From contig OX597819.1 of NCBI GenBank assembly GCA_951406725.2, positions 71,548,001-71,612,000 on the forward strand: a stretch of DNA of 64,000 nt, given 5' to 3'. Of the stretch, positions 1-14,460 are shown piece after piece; within the stretch, counting starts at the first letter, position 1, and the number at the start of each line of letters is the position of its first letter. Under the pieces are notes generated by a model. It ran no database searches and was not told the DNA's origin. It was given only the letters and a program-made list of their open reading frames with translations. Source of the stretch: Octopus vulgaris (Eukaryota). The translations under genes and the position numbers were made by a program.

Positions 1-264
1 GAGTTCGAAGTTTCGGCCATCGTCGGACTTCCATGCATTAAAGCTAATCTCACATTTGTATAATCCCTGTTGAGTTAAATCTTCACTGGGTGTGTGGGTT
101 TTGGTGTAGGGATAATAAGGTTTAAGGATGGATACTTCGAAGTCACTGTTAACAGTATTCTTGTTTAAGAATCATTAATTTGTACCCTACAAAACTATAG
201 AGTAACCCACAACGTTAATATAAGACTGCTTTTTACTGCAAGCGAACGTAAAGGTAAACATGTG

Positions 265-440
265 ACAATCGATGGTGTGGCGTTTACGTCCCCGTAACTT
301 AGCGGTTCGGCAAAAAAAACCGATAGAATAAGTACTAGGCTTGGAAAGAATAAGTTCTGCGGTCGATTTGTTCGACTAAAGGCGGTGCCCCAACATGGCC
401 GCTGTCTAATGACTGAAAGAAGTAAAGAAAGGAATAAAGG
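265..440 (+). mobile_element. 3' part of SINE family B (tRNA/CORE-like head, CR1-type tail)
   Basis: GTTTACGTCCCCGTAACTTAGCGGTTCGGC...GGCGGTGCCCCAACATGGCCGC...TGACTGAAA, matching the fuller copies at 16141-16536 and 19326-19725. Confidence 0.8.
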
Positions 441-441
441 A

Positions 442-551
<110 letters not shown>

Positions 552-878
552 GTGTATGTGTGTGTGTGTGTATATAAACGCTTACATGTAGACGTATGTA
601 TGCGTTTGTGTATTTCTATATAAATGTATACGCACGCACACACGTATATATGGGAGAGTGTGTTTGTGTGTATGCAATTATTTTCCTGTGCGCTCACTGT
701 CAGATAGAGGCAACAGCTTGCCTTGTCTCTTAACAACATTTTCCACTATTTATTTTCGGCGGCTGCTACAATGGGAAGCATCTGAACACTTCCTCAATTG
801 ATGCGATATCGGAGACAGGGACACACGCACAAACTGGATAATACTGGAGCAGCGCAACATATACTCACACACTCCGTG

Positions 879-936
<58 letters not shown>

Positions 937-1009
937 TCACACAGTCAGTGACACACATATGCACCCGCACTGACAATTCATACACACACACACACACACA
1001 GAGTCACAG

Positions 1010-1550
1010 AGTCACAGAGTCACATAGATTCATTTAATCACGAAATTTAGACTCACCCCCACCACAGATGTACATATACGCCATCACAGAATGCCTATGT
1101 GCACAAAGTCAGGGACACATGTATACACAGTCACGTAGAATGCACATATACACACAGAAGGCCACGCATATACTCAGTCACATAGAATACATATGTACAT
1201 ACAGTGAGGGAGATTTTAATGCACAATAACGTGGAACGTGCATATACACACATTCAATGAGATAGTGATTCGCATAGAATGCATATATAAACACACAGTC
1301 AGGAGTATTTTAATATATAATCGCATGAAGGTGGCGGGTTCAAATTCCGCCGAGATCGACTTTGCCTTTCATCCTTTCGGGGTCGATAAATTAAGTATCA
1401 GTTGTGTACTGGATCGATCTAATCGACTGGCCCCTTTCCCCAAGATTTCGGGCCTTGTGCCCAGAGTAGAAAAGAATATATAATCACATGGAATGTATAT
1501 ACACGCACACACATACAGTGAGGGAGATTTTAATATATAATTGCGTAGAA
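1010..1550 (+). repeat. degenerate minisatellite interrupted by a SINE A fragment (about 1330-1478)
   Basis: recurring CACATAGAATGCATATATACACACAGTCAGGGAG-like units; SINE piece flanked by AATATATAATC(G/A)CATG direct repeats. Confidence 0.55.
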
Positions 1551-1644
1551 TGTTAACACGGAACTAGCAGGTCTAACGCATTGAACCTTCCGATTGCAAA
1601 CAGTTTTAGTGGGTTGCAAGCACGCAGGAACATATATTGGATGG

Positions 1645-1683
<39 letters not shown>

Positions 1684-2299
1684 ATATTTTTCTGTTCTCC
1701 CCCTCTCTCTCTCTTTCATTTCCTCTGTCACACGCTCACACGCTAACTATAGAGACACACACACATATTCATAGAGTGTCGAGTAGACAGATCTACAGTA
1801 ATCATTTTGCCTCTTTACGTTGTGGGTTCAAATCCCGCTGAGGTCAAAGTTTGCCTTTCATTTTATCGGAGTTCACAAATAAAAGTACCAGTCATGTGGT
1901 GGAGTCCAATTCTTTCTCTCTCTCTTCTTTTCTCTTTCTCTTTCTCCCTCTGCCTCTGTCCATCCCTTTCTTTTTCTCTCTCCCCCTCACTCTCTCCATC
2001 TATCTCTCTCTCTCTCTTTCGAAAAAAACAAATTGGTTCTGGTCCCACTTGAGAAGTGGTGGGCTTCACCAGTCCACAAAAGCCCTATGTCACGGCAGCG
2101 TTATTACTATTTCATAAAGAAGTCGAGATCCCAGGGTATGCATGCATACATGCTTGTTTACATGTATGTATGCATATATGTAAAGTACAAGACCCAGGGA
2201 TAATTTCGTCGCCTGCGCTGCCTGTTCTGATATTACAATTTTAAAAACTGAATCTCCAATCCATAAACGTCACACATTAAGACACCAATATGGGATGTT

Positions 2300-2536
<237 letters not shown>

Positions 2537-2867
2537 TCTCTAAAATAGCAGATCATTGCACTTCTTTATGTCCAAAGACGTCTTTCTCAATTGCTGGACT
2601 GAAAAGTCCATTTTGGACAAATGCATAAGGACGGAGCTGTAGTAGGTGTCATTCTCGACCAAATAATAAGCCATAGATGTCACAAAGAATGTAAAACAAA
2701 ATGAAAGCAAGGTAGTGATCTGAGACCACAAGGTTGATGTGTGAGCCTGCAACAGGTACGTGTTTGCCTGTTACAGGAATATGTATGCAGTGAGGAAGTG
2801 GTTGCACTAGAAATCAAGCTAACGACTACCATGTAAGTGTTTTTGTATGTGTGCATGTATGTGTAAA

Positions 2868-3152
2868 GGCGCTTGCCCTAGTGGTGAGTGTATTCGGTTC
2901 ACGATCGTTTGGTGATGAGTTCGATTTCCGGCGGCACATTGTGTCCTTCAGCAAGATACTTTATTTCACGTTACTCGAGTTCACTCAGCTGCCATTCAAA
3001 TAGCTAACCTTGTCACATTCTGTGTCACGTTGAATCTCCTTAAAAACTACGTTAAAAGTATGCGTGTTTGCGGAGTCCTCAGCCACTTGCAAGTTAATTT
3101 TACGGGCAAGCTGTTCTGTTGACCCTCGTCGTCGTAACCGACTGAGTGGCAG
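2868..3152 (+). mobile_element. SINE family C (tRNA head plus CORE-like domain)
   Basis: A-box-like CCCTAGTGGT, B box GAGTTCGATTTCC, CORE-like GTGTCCTTCAGCAAGATACTTTATTTCAC; related copies at 13752-14260 and 38275-38510. Confidence 0.7.
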
Positions 3153-4077
3153 TCATTTATGTGTATATGTTTATATGTATGTAGGTAGGTAGGTATGTAA
3201 GAGTGTGTCTCTATCTATCTACCCCACACACACACATACACACGCACACACGCACACACATACGCATGTATATATGTTTATGCTTAAACAAGAATGTTGC
3301 TGACAATGACTTCGAAGTTTCGGCCTCTTAAGCTATTTATCTATTTATCTACATACCCACCTATCTAAGCCCCAACTTGATTACAGACCTATTTCTCTAT
3401 CTTTCTACCTGCTAATCTATCTCCTCGCCTATTTAGCCATCTAGATGCATTCCTGTCAACCATCATTTCTCACAGTCTGCATATCATTGCTATTATTCAA
3501 ACGTGTCATTAGTCCAAAACGTTGCTTTTTTCAGAAAATGAAAAAATAGTTTCACCATTCTATTTATTTTTACATTAGCAACAGTTTCAGCTTAATGATA
3601 ATACTTTGTTGGGTGCATAAAATCATAATTTCAAGCATGTATGATATTTTCAGTCAGAAATAATTTTGCAAAACTGTCATATGCGGGACATACTACACTT
3701 TTGAAAAATGCTAATCCGTTGTACTACACTTTGATAATTTTGATAATAGTTTGACCAAAACAAAAAACCCACATTTGGTCAAATTTGGATATAGGACAGT
3801 TTAACATAATAGTAGCGATATATACATGCAGATCTATGTATTTATCTACATCCATCTAACCATTCATCTATCCATACATATCTCCCTACTTGCTTATTCG
3901 CTTTCCATTCTCCCTAGCTTTCTACCAACCTCTTTATTTGTCTACCTAGTTCTCTCGCTAAATACCTTCTTACCTACCTACCTCCCCCCTCTCTCCCTCT
4001 TTACCCACTTTGCAATCAATGACGTCAATGTATTTTCATTTCTACATATATATCCCTCCAAATACTTGATTGCATAC

Positions 4078-4267
<190 letters not shown>

Positions 4268-4379
4268 TTATTTATACCAACCTAGTTACATACATACCGT
4301 TCTATTTTCCTACCTTTTAAGCTACTTACCTACCCGCCAACCTATCTATTTATATATATTATATATATATATATAGTTT

Positions 4380-4545
<166 letters not shown>

Positions 4546-4556
4546 ATATATATATA

Positions 4557-5668
4557 AGGTGTTCTGGCTAAATTTGACGATTTTTTAGTCCATCCTATTT
4601 TCAGTAACAACTTCATGTATAGATGAGCAGGTAACAGCGTTGGAGAGCATAAGATATGGTGTTGTAGTTGAGAAAAACTGAGCCGAGAGGGAAGTTTGGA
4701 AGCCATTTGAATATTGCAAAAGAGTTACTTGTATCATAATGAATCATGCTGGGTGTGAACATGCCGAGACCATGCTCTGCGAACACTCTAAAGGCTGTAA
4801 GACGTGACTTGGAGAGGTGCAGCGGAGACCACGAAGCCGTGAACAGCAGGGACTATGATGATGTTTGAATGTGTCTCCTGTGAGGGTGACGTCATGCCGA
4901 CCCACTTCTTTGAATAGAGACTTAGACTTTGGCGGCGAGCTGGCAGAAACGTTAGCACGCTGGGCGAAATGCTTAGCGTTATTTCGTATATCTGTATGTT
5001 CTGAGATCAAATTCCCCCAAGGTCGACTTTGCCATTCATCCTTTCGGGGTCGATAAATTAAGTATCAGTTACGCACTGTGGTCGATGTAATCAACTTAAT
5101 CCCTTCGTCGCTCCTGGTTTGTCCCCTCTATGTTTAGCACCATGTGGGCAATAAAGAAATTAGAGACTTAGGCTCAATTCAGATGGCTATGTGAATCTAC
5201 TGCAAATTGTAGTCAATCCCAAGCTGGAGAGGTTTTGCTGATAGAAGGCCATATGTGTGTGGTAACAAAATTCGGGTCTTTGACATAACCGTGGAAGGAA
5301 TCAGAAATGGTTGTCAGAGAATTTCTACAATGTCAACCGTACCAATTTTCCGACCTCTTAATTCCTTCGATTGTAATGTATGTATGGGGCGCGGGTACAT
5401 GAGATGCCAACTTCTCTGCCTGCAGCGCGAGTTGGTGGCTAATATGAAGGAGGAATTCGGAGATCTCAGGGACACAGTGAGGAACGCGCATACTTGACTC
5501 CAGAGCCCCCTCGAAGCCGTGGTGGAAGTTGGGAGCGGATACATTGTGTAAGCTGTTATCTCTCAGCAATAATCACTTTGGTATTTTTTGATTTTTAGAA
5601 TTACTTTTATTTTCGGGCGAGATATTGCATTTCATTTCCCTTTGATGCAAACTGTCAAATTTAGCCCA
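4557..5668 (+). mobile_element. degenerate, internally deleted Tc1/mariner (maT/DD37D-like) DNA transposon
   Basis: inverted GGCTAAATTTGAC (4566) / GTCAAATTTAGCC (5654), TA-rich flanks; broken translation MMFECVSCEGDVMPTHFFE / RLNSDGYVNLLQIVVNPKLER / QKWLSENFY / NMKEEFGDLRDTVRNA / LEAVVEVGSGYIV*. Confidence 0.8.
4931..5161 (+). mobile_element. SINE family A (tRNA-like head, MetaSINE-like central domain) inserted in the maT-like element
   Basis: GGCGGCGAGCTGGCAGAAACGTTAGCAC head; GACTTTGCC(A)TTCATCCTTTCGGGGTCGATAAATTAAGTA domain; 11-bp TSD TAGAGACTTAG at 4915 and 5161. Confidence 0.85.
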
Positions 5669-5871
5669 TATATATATTGTTGTATATATATGAATACACA
5701 TACACACACATGCACACACACACAGGCCAGTCACACACAAATACAGATACATATATTCCCTCTTATACTCATATACATATACATATGTACATATGGGAAT
5801 AGATATAGACTAGATATACGTACACACACACGCACACGCACACACACAAAATTAATTATATGGATATATCT

Positions 5872-7075
5872 TCTTTATATATATAAAACTGAGAATGTGT
5901 GTCTGTCTGTCTGTCTGTCTGTGTGTTTCCCTAAAACTTGAGAACTGCTCAAGCAATTTCATTCAAATATTACACATGCCTTACTTAGAGTCCAGGGAGT
6001 GTCATCGGCAAAAAAATTTTGAACTTTTTGCCTAGGGCGAGCCCACAGCAATATCATATCTTCTCCAATACGATTCCCTAAAACTTGAGAACTACACAAC
6101 CAATTCCATTCAAATTTTACACATGCCTTACCTAGGGTCCATGTAGTTTCATGGGCAAAAAAATGTTCAACTTCTTGCCTAGAGCGAGCCCATAGCAATA
6201 TCATATCTTCTCCACTATTTCAGTATTACGTGTTAAAGGTGAAACAAAAACGTTTCTCTATTTTATGTCAGATAATTTCATTTTAACAATAAAAATAATA
6301 ATAACAATTGAATTATATGTAGTAAGTAATAATTAAAATCAAACTAAAGTATAATATAATCGTAACGTAACAAAAGTAAAAATAGCAATTGCATCAATGA
6401 CTTGAACTTGAATAAGTGGTTTCACATGAATGGGAATAAATTAAAAATAAAATTAGCGTGCAGAAATGGAATAGTCCAGATGGATAATAAAAAATTAAAT
6501 TAAAGAAAAGACTATTGTCTATAAAGTATACAATGTAGAGAAAAAAGAAGATTTGAACACATGGAGGAAAGCACCTTCGAAAAGTGTCTTGGTGCAACTA
6601 TGAAAGGTATCTAATCAGAGGCGGTAAATTCGCCACAATAGAAGCAGGTTTCGAGTCAACGGATAGTGCAAGGGAGTACTCGACTCGAACTTGCAAAGTA
6701 GAAATATTTTATTTTTACCTTTATATCTGGGACATAGGAAGTCCCGCAAAAAAATTTTAAATGCCCGCCCCTGCCCGAGAAGTAGAGGTAGGCTGGATTG
6801 TAGCCACACTTCTATACAAGAGAGAGGACAAGATACAATTGATCGAAATTACAAGAGAGCTAAATTACAAGAGGGCTAACAATTCCAGTCTGTTATATAC
6901 TTTGAGTATTGTTATCACTAGCGATATCAAAATATAACTTTGTATTTTGTATTTTAAGTGTAGATGTATATATATATAGATGTACATTTAATATGTACAT
7001 ATATATATATATATATATACACATATATACATGCACTAGCACTAGCACACTATGACTCGGCAACGACGTGTCTTT
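5872..7075 (+). mobile_element. probable non-autonomous Helitron-like element with internal ~147-bp tandem duplication (about 5926-6067 / 6074-6213)
   Basis: TC start in TCTTTATATATATAAAA followed by (GTCT)n; degenerate hairpin GACTCGGCAACGACGTGTC near CTAG motifs at about 7035-7072; right boundary uncertain. Confidence 0.5.
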
Positions 7076-7077
7076 AA

Positions 7078-7137
<60 letters not shown>

Positions 7138-7143
<6 letters not shown>

Positions 7144-7417
7144 AATAAAGGGTGAAATTAATTAATTTAGAAATAAACATCAATTTCACCAAGCAGAGTT
7201 CGGCATGTAAAAGACCCATTCAAGGAAGGATTAAGTAATACTAAGTAATTAAGGGTTTAGCAATGATTTGCCTCACCACACACCGAATTTTGAAATAGCA
7301 GTCAAACAGTTTTGGCTATTCTTTCTACTTAAAAGGGAGATCCCAGTAAAACCAAAGCACTTAAAAAGGTTTTACTGGGACCTCCCTTTTAAGTAGAAAG
7401 AATAGCCAAAACTTTTT

Positions 7418-7421
<4 letters not shown>
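7138..7421. mobile_element. probable Penelope terminal-repeat fragment with terminal foldback, embedded in (TA)n
   Basis: bounded by TA tracts on both sides; ~54-bp inverted arms 7300-7353 / 7368-7421. Confidence 0.5.
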
Positions 7422-7460
<39 letters not shown>

Positions 7461-7590
7461 TAGAATTCAAGTGAAGCAGGCATTTAAATAGTAAGGTACC
7501 ATGATGTAAATGTCTCCATTAATCAATTAAAGATTCGTTGGAAACAGCTGTAGCGAATTCACACATTTCCTATATTTTGTTATGATATAT

Positions 7591-7646
<56 letters not shown>

Positions 7647-7730
7647 TATGTATGTATGTAAGTATGTATGTATGTATGTATGGATGTATGTATGTATGTA
7701 TGTGTATATATATATATACGTACAATACAT

Positions 7731-7788
<58 letters not shown>

Positions 7789-7805
7789 GTATGTAGACTC
7801 ATATG

Positions 7806-7852
<47 letters not shown>

Positions 7853-8002
7853 CTCTTATTTCTAGCAACGTAGGTATTTCTGACACGCTAGTCACATTTA
7901 GTGACAATTGTGATTTTCCTTTTGGGTAAAACATTGGAAAGTGTTGCCTAGATTAATTTTTCACACGCACACACATACACACATACATATGTGCATATAT
8001 AT

Positions 8003-8062
<60 letters not shown>

Positions 8063-8305
8063 GCATATATATATATATGTTTATATATATGTGAGTGTGT
8101 ATATATATATACCTTTTTCTATAATTCTCTTCCTAAATTACGTGCCTATTTCTTAATCTATGCATCTACATATCACTTTATCTACCTTCCCATTTCGCTA
8201 TCTATTCACAATCAGTGTCTCCTATTCACGTATTCAGCGACAAATATACTCTCCAAAACACACACAAAACATACACACATGTAGACATAACACACACATG
8301 TAGAC

Positions 8306-8369
<64 letters not shown>

Positions 8370-8677
8370 CTTACACATTCGCATCCTCATCATACGGATA
8401 TACCTCTCACATATATGTAACTAAATCGCTTACATGAATTGAAATGTACCATGTGATATTCAGGCGTGGGTAGTTATCACATATTTGTATATTCTATACA
8501 TTTGAATTTATCTACCTATATATGTGTGTGTGTGTGAGTGTGTGTATGTGTGCGTGCTTGTGTGCACACACATATATTATACGTATATATATATACGTAA
8601 ATATATATATATATATGTCAATATGTAAAATAGATCTATATATACATATACACACTCTCACAAGCATACAAAGAAAG

Positions 8678-8768
<91 letters not shown>

Positions 8769-9147
8769 GATTGATTGATAGATAGAGAGAGAGTTAGAAA
8801 GGTTATATCTACAACAAATCATACGGTTTCACCATTCTAATGCAAAATCTATACGATTGAATATTCTTGATGGCCTCTGTTATGTGATAAATTATCAGCC
8901 TAGTTGTACACATATCAGACTCTACACACACAGATGCACACATAAATACACACACATACAAACACGCTCGCAGAAACACATGCAATGACACTTCCTGTTT
9001 TTCTCTCTACCTTTTCGTACATATTTCGCAGGTATAAGCACGTGCATACACACACTCACACCCACCACCCACATACAGTGCTCACCCCACCCCCCAGCAT
9101 TCATCGTCTACTCTCTTTTCTTTCAATATATATATATATATACTCTT

Positions 9148-9467
9148 TTACTCTTTTACTTGTTTCAGTCATTTGACTGCAGCCATACTGGAGCACCGCC
9201 TTTAGTCGAGCGAATCTACCCCAGGACTTATTCTTTGTAAGCCTAGTACTTATTCTATCGGTCTGTTTTGCCGAACCGCTAAGTAACAGGAACGTAAACA
9301 CATCAGCATCGGTTGTCAAGCGATGTTGGGGGGACAAACACAGACACACAAGCATATACACAAACGTACATACACATACATACATACATACATCATACAT
9401 ACATACATACATACATACATACATACATACATACATACATACATACATACATACATACATAGATACA

Positions 9468-9499
<32 letters not shown>

Positions 9500-9548
9500 C
9501 ATATATACGACGGGCTTCTTTCAGTTTCCGTCTACCAAATCCACTCAC
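9148..9548 (-). mobile_element. SINE family B with expanded internal (TACA)n
   Basis: clear similarity to 16141-16536. Confidence 0.85.
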
Positions 9549-9566
9549 ACACACACATATACATAC

Positions 9567-9601
<35 letters not shown>

Positions 9602-9736
9602 TGTATGTATGTATGTATGTATGTATGTATGTATGCATGTATGTATGTATGTATGTATGTATGTATGTATGTATGTATGTATATATATATATATATACAT
9701 ACATAGAGAGACAGAGAGATAGGCAGAGATTATATT

Positions 9737-9950
9737 GGTTTCAAATTTTGGTCGAAAATCAGCTTGTTCGGTAGAGAGGGTAAGTCGATTACATCGATGC
9801 CATTGTAGAACTAGTACTTATTTTATCGACTCCAAAAGGATGAAGGGCAAAGCTCATTTCGGCGGAATTTAGACTCAAACAGGAAAGAAGGACGAAAAGC
9901 CGCTAATCATTTTGTCCGGAGTGCTAACGATTCTGCCAGCCCACCGCCTT
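9737..9950 (-). mobile_element. diverged SINE family A
   Basis: TTTTATCGACTCCAAAAGGATGAAGGGCAAAG...GATTCTGCCAGCCCACCGCC. Confidence 0.7.
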
Positions 9951-9984
9951 GTTATCCTATGTTATATAACATTATATTATATTA

Positions 9985-10187
9985 CAGTAATCCCTCGACT
10001 ATCATGGGTGTTACGTTCCAAACCTGGCACAGAAATTATTAAAATCTAAAAAAAATATAAATACATAGGCCGCAGAAACCCGCGATATACTGAAGATTCA
10101 GTGATATAAATTTACATATATTAGCGAGAAAAAACCGCGATGTACTGAGTGCGCGTTAGGTGAACTGCGATATGGCGAGGGTTACTG
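9985..10187. mobile_element. Tigger/pogo-type MITE
   Basis: TA|CAGTAATCCCTCG ... CGAGGGTTACTG|TA terminal inverted repeats with TA TSD. Confidence 0.8.
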
Positions 10188-10589
10188 TACACTATATTTC
10201 GTCATGTTATATTACATTGACAATGCAATCAACGCAATCTAATAGGAAATGAGAGCGGAGGAGAGGCAAGTTTTAACGAATATTTTATTAGCCTAAAGCT
10301 TAATTGAAAAGCAAAGTATCTTAACGTTTCCGATATTTGTATTTCATCAGGCGATAAACCAAGTTGAAGTGAGGAAGAGGAAAACTGGTTGAGAATATAA
10401 GACAAGCCAGAGCTTCGGAGCCGGGTAGGAATGCGGTGCTATGTGGGGAGTTCAGAAGGGAGGAAGGGGATGGTTGTGTGCTAATATAATGGTATATTCA
10501 TGTTTAATAATGGGCATTTATGATGGGTTGTGGATGGTTTTTGGGTTGTGTATATGTGTGCAAGAGCTTGCAAGAACAGAAATATATTG

Positions 10590-10983
10590 GCTTCATATTT
10601 TGGTACAAGACCAACATTTTCGAGGGAGGGCCTAAATCAATTACTCCAACCCCAGTTCTACTGGTACTTATTTTATCGATCCCGAAAGGATGGAAGGCGT
10701 AGTCGACCTCTGCGGAATGTGAACTCAGAACATAAAGACGGAGGGAATACCTATTTCTTTACAACCCACAAGGGGCTAAACACAGAGGGGATGAACAGGG
10801 ACAGACAAACGGATTAAGTCGATTACATCGACCCCAGTGCGTAACTGGTACTTAATTTATCGACCCCGAAAGGATGAAAGGCAAAGTCGACCTCTGCAGA
10901 ATTTGAATTCAAAACATAACGACAGACGAAATACGACTACGCATTTCGTCCGGCCTGCTAACGTTTCTGCCAGCTCACCGCTT
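10590..10983 (-). mobile_element. tandem (head-to-tail) SINE family A
   Basis: two central domains joined through AAAGAAATA|GGTATT. Confidence 0.8.
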
Positions 10984-11026
10984 TAAAGTGTACAAGTATA
11001 TTACTATTATGTGGCGGTGTAAAGCA

Positions 11027-11151
<125 letters not shown>

Positions 11152-11474
11152 TCGTATGGTGAATGTGTGAGGCAAGTATGAATGTGAGAGGTATCAACGG
11201 GCGCGAGTGTGAGGGAAAATGGAAGGCAAGAAGAATGTGGAGGGTGTGGTAGAAGAATGTGTAGTTGTATGGGTGTGGGACACTGTTACATGGAAGGAAT
11301 GTATGAACAGCAGAAGCGAAGGAGGTGATGTTTTGAGCTCAGGGAATTAAGAGAGGCGAGAGAAAATTATAGAGAATAATTAGAGGGAAACTAATTAGAA
11401 CAAAGTTATGATCTACATGTGTATGTGCGGATGTGCTGGTGTGTGCGTTTATAGATATGTATATATGTTCTTTT

Positions 11475-11815
11475 TTCTTTTATTCTTTTACTTGTTTCAG
11501 TCATTTGACTGCGGCCATGCTGGAGCACAGCCTTTAGTCAAGCAAATCGACCTCGGGACTTATTCTTTGTAAGTCTAGTATTTATTCTATCTGTCTATTT
11601 TGCTGAACCGCTTGATTACGGGAACGTAAACACACCAACATCGGTTGTCAAGCGATGTTGGGGAAACAAACACTGATATAAAGACAGGTTTCTTTCAGTT
11701 TCCATCTACCAAATCCACTCTCAAGGCTTTGGTCGGCCCGAGGCTACAGTAGAAGACACTTGCCCAAGGTGCCAGAACCATGTGGATGGTAAGTAAGCTA
11801 CTTACCACACATTCA
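11475..11815 (-). mobile_element. SINE family B
   Basis: similarity to other B copies. Confidence 0.8.
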
Positions 11816-11824
11816 CTACTGAAT

Positions 11825-12365
11825 GTATGTGTGTATGTAGGAATGTAGGTAGGAAGGCAGGTCGGTAGGTAGATTGGGAGGTAGGTAGGGTTGTAGGGAG
11901 GGAAGGAGGGAGGGAAGTAGGGAGGGAGGTATGTAGGTATGTAGTTAGGTACGTAGGTCGGTCGGTAGGTAGGTAAGGATGGTAGTATTAAGGTAGATAG
12001 GTCGAAATATAGGTATGTAGGTGTGTACGTAGGGAGGGAGGGAAGGAGGGAGGTAACTAGGTAGGTAGGTAGGTAGTTAGGTAGGTAGGTTGGTTGGAAT
12101 GTAAGTAGGTATGTATGTATTATGTATGTATGTATGTATGTATTTAGGTAGGTAGGTAGGTAGGTAGGTAGGTAGGTGAGTAGGGAGGTAGGGAGGGAGG
12201 TAGAGAGGTAGCTATGTAGAGAGGGAGGGAGGGAGGGAGGGAGGAGAGAGGGTGGTAGGTAGGTAGGTAGGTATGTTTGTATGTATGTATGTATGTATGT
12301 ATGTAGGTAGGTAGGTAACTAGGTAGGATGGTAGGTATTATGGTAGGTAGGCAGCTAGATAGGAA
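11825..12365 (+). repeat. degenerate (TAGG)n/(GGGA)n/(TATG)n compound satellite
   Basis: direct reading; G-rich + strand. Confidence 0.85.
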
Positions 12366-12369
12366 TGCA

Positions 12370-12720
12370 TGACCAATACCTTTGATGATGAAATCCTTCT
12401 CTGAATCAAGACAACCAGTGATGCATTCAGAAGATTGGATAGATGTCTATGGTCTGAACATAGAATTTCTGTTGAGACAAATATGAATGTCTTAGATATT
12501 ATGTTTTGTCTTCTTTACAATTTCTCCAACAGCCGCTCTGCCCTGTTATGGGTATTCGTTGCTAAATGTAAATGACGTTGAAGTTCTTGAATGCAATCAT
12601 TCGACCAGTATAGAGCCTGTGGCTCTGCAGCACCGATTACGATTGAGTGGTCATGTGGTGGAAGAACACAATGAATAATGGGGCTCATGATACAGAATTT
12701 GTGAGAGAAAACTGAAAGAC
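12370..12720 (+). pseudogene. old RTE-clade LINE ORF C-terminal relic
   Basis: DDEILL*IKTTSDAFRRLDRCLWSEHRISVETNMNV ... LQHRLRLSGHVVE resembles the RTE C-terminal RLRWxGHV region. Confidence 0.6.
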
Positions 12721-12864
12721 AGCGAGGGGTGTCATAGCTTGAGTGTATTCGATCATAGGCGTTTTTGATCACGGCTTGAACTGGATTAAAAGAATCTGGC
12801 ACTAAAATTTCAACAATAAAATCAGATACAAGAATATTCTTTTATTCTATTATCACGAAGCTTC

Positions 12865-13276
12865 CAATTTTAGTGCGAGAGGTAGATCGATTACTTTGAC
12901 CCCAGTACTTAATTGGTATTAATTCTATCAACTGCAAAATGATAAAAGGCATAGCCAACTTCGGTTGTATCTGAACTCAGAATGCAAAGAGCCGGAAGGA
13001 GTGTCGCTAAGCATTTTGTCCGACGTGTTAACGATTCTGGCGGTTCACCGACTTAGAGATAGAAAAATATTGGTTTCAAATTTTGGCACAAGGCCAGCAA
13101 TTTCAGGGGAAGGAGAAATTCGATTACATCGATTCGAATGCTCAACTGATACTTATTTTATCGACCCTTGATGAAAGGCAAAGTCGGCCTCGGCGGAATT
13201 TGAATTGAGAACGAAAAGACGGATAAAATGCTGCTGAGCATTTTGTTCGATGCATTAATGATTCTGCCAGCTTACC
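12865..13276 (-). mobile_element. two diverged SINE A copies
   Basis: central domain and head recognisable twice. Confidence 0.7.
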
Positions 13277-13751
13277 GACTAAGATATAGTAGAATATTTA
13301 GAAGAACAATAACAGTAATGATGACCACAACGATAGCAACGAGACAATGATAACAATAATTGCCAGAACAACAGATAAAGTAATGGAAAGAGCAACAATG
13401 GCGATAGCAACAGTAACGATAACAGCAAAGATATCTAAAAGCACACCAACACAAACAATAACAAAAATCGTAACAACGACCACATAAACAATGTTAGTAC
13501 CAAAATAAAACAAAGCAACAACAAAAGAATAACAACAATACTGTTCCCATAAAAATGACGATATAGAGATTAAAAATGAGATTAACATGACATGAATAAA
13601 GCAACTTTTGACATAACCAAGATGGCGGGTTAGATTTATGGGTTACTGAAAAAATGGCGGCCTGTCATTGTTACCGTTCCGAAAGTAACGGAATCAATAA
13701 GTGATATGTCTCTTAGTGAGATTCGAATAAATGTTTATAGAATCAGTTGTG

Positions 13752-14260
13752 AAGGCGCATGTCTATTTTGCTCACAATCGTAAGGTCGTTAGTTCGACAC
13801 TTACCGACGCGTTGTGTCTTCGAGCACTTATTTCATGTTTCTTCAGACTACTCAGCTGTCAAAATTGAGCAGTACGTATATTTGAAACGTCCAGCCTTCT
13901 CATATTCTGTGTCACACTGAATATCCCCAAGAACTACGTTAAGGTTACACGTGTCTGAGAAATGCTCAGCCACTTGCATGTTAATTCTACGAGCCGGCTG
14001 AGTAAACTGGAACAAAATGAAATGAAGAATCTTGCCTAAAATCATGCATCTTCATTGACCATAACATACAGGTATATTTACTAGAAAACAAGATGAGTAG
14101 GGGAAACCAGACGCTGACACAGACGGAAAATACCTAAAACGTTCCTGTATCAGGAGGATACATAATCCATGCGTTTACATATTTTCTATATTTTTATGAT
14201 CCACCGAGTCCGACATTGCATCCACTGGAAGCCTCGTCGTCGTGACCAGCCGAGTGCCAA
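13752..14260 (+). mobile_element. SINE family C interrupted by an inverted ~195-bp duplication
   Basis: head at 13752; tail CCTCGTCGTCGTGACCAGCCGAGTGCC resumes at about 14232. Confidence 0.7.
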
Positions 14261-14274
14261 AGGACTTTGAAATA

Positions 14275-14460
14275 CAGATCTCAAAAATCTGATATTTAAG
14301 AACAACAGCTATGCTTGTGATCATCGGAGCTTTGGAGACAATGCCAAATGGCGCTCTTCAGCACAATGGCCAAATACCAATAAACACAAAGTTATCAGAA
14401 CTACAAAATATTGTTCTCAAAGGTACTGCACACATCATAATTTAAGCATTATCAACTTGA
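14275..14460 (+). pseudogene. R4/Dong-like retrotransposon RLE C-terminal relic
   Basis: AMLVIIGALETMPNGALQHNGQIPINTKLSELQNIVLKGTAHII, matching the IGALG...LQK..LLGTA.I terminus. Confidence 0.65.

Noticed and set aside
2540-2752. 70-aa minus-strand ORF with a hydrophobic segment and an acceptor-like TTGCAG
   Set aside because: No recognisable family and no partner exons; the plus strand hints at a decayed hAT-type transposase (KCI..DGA), so neither call is supportable.
11825-12365. Interstitial telomeric repeat
   Set aside because: Units are TAGG/GGGA/TATG, not TTAGGG arrays.
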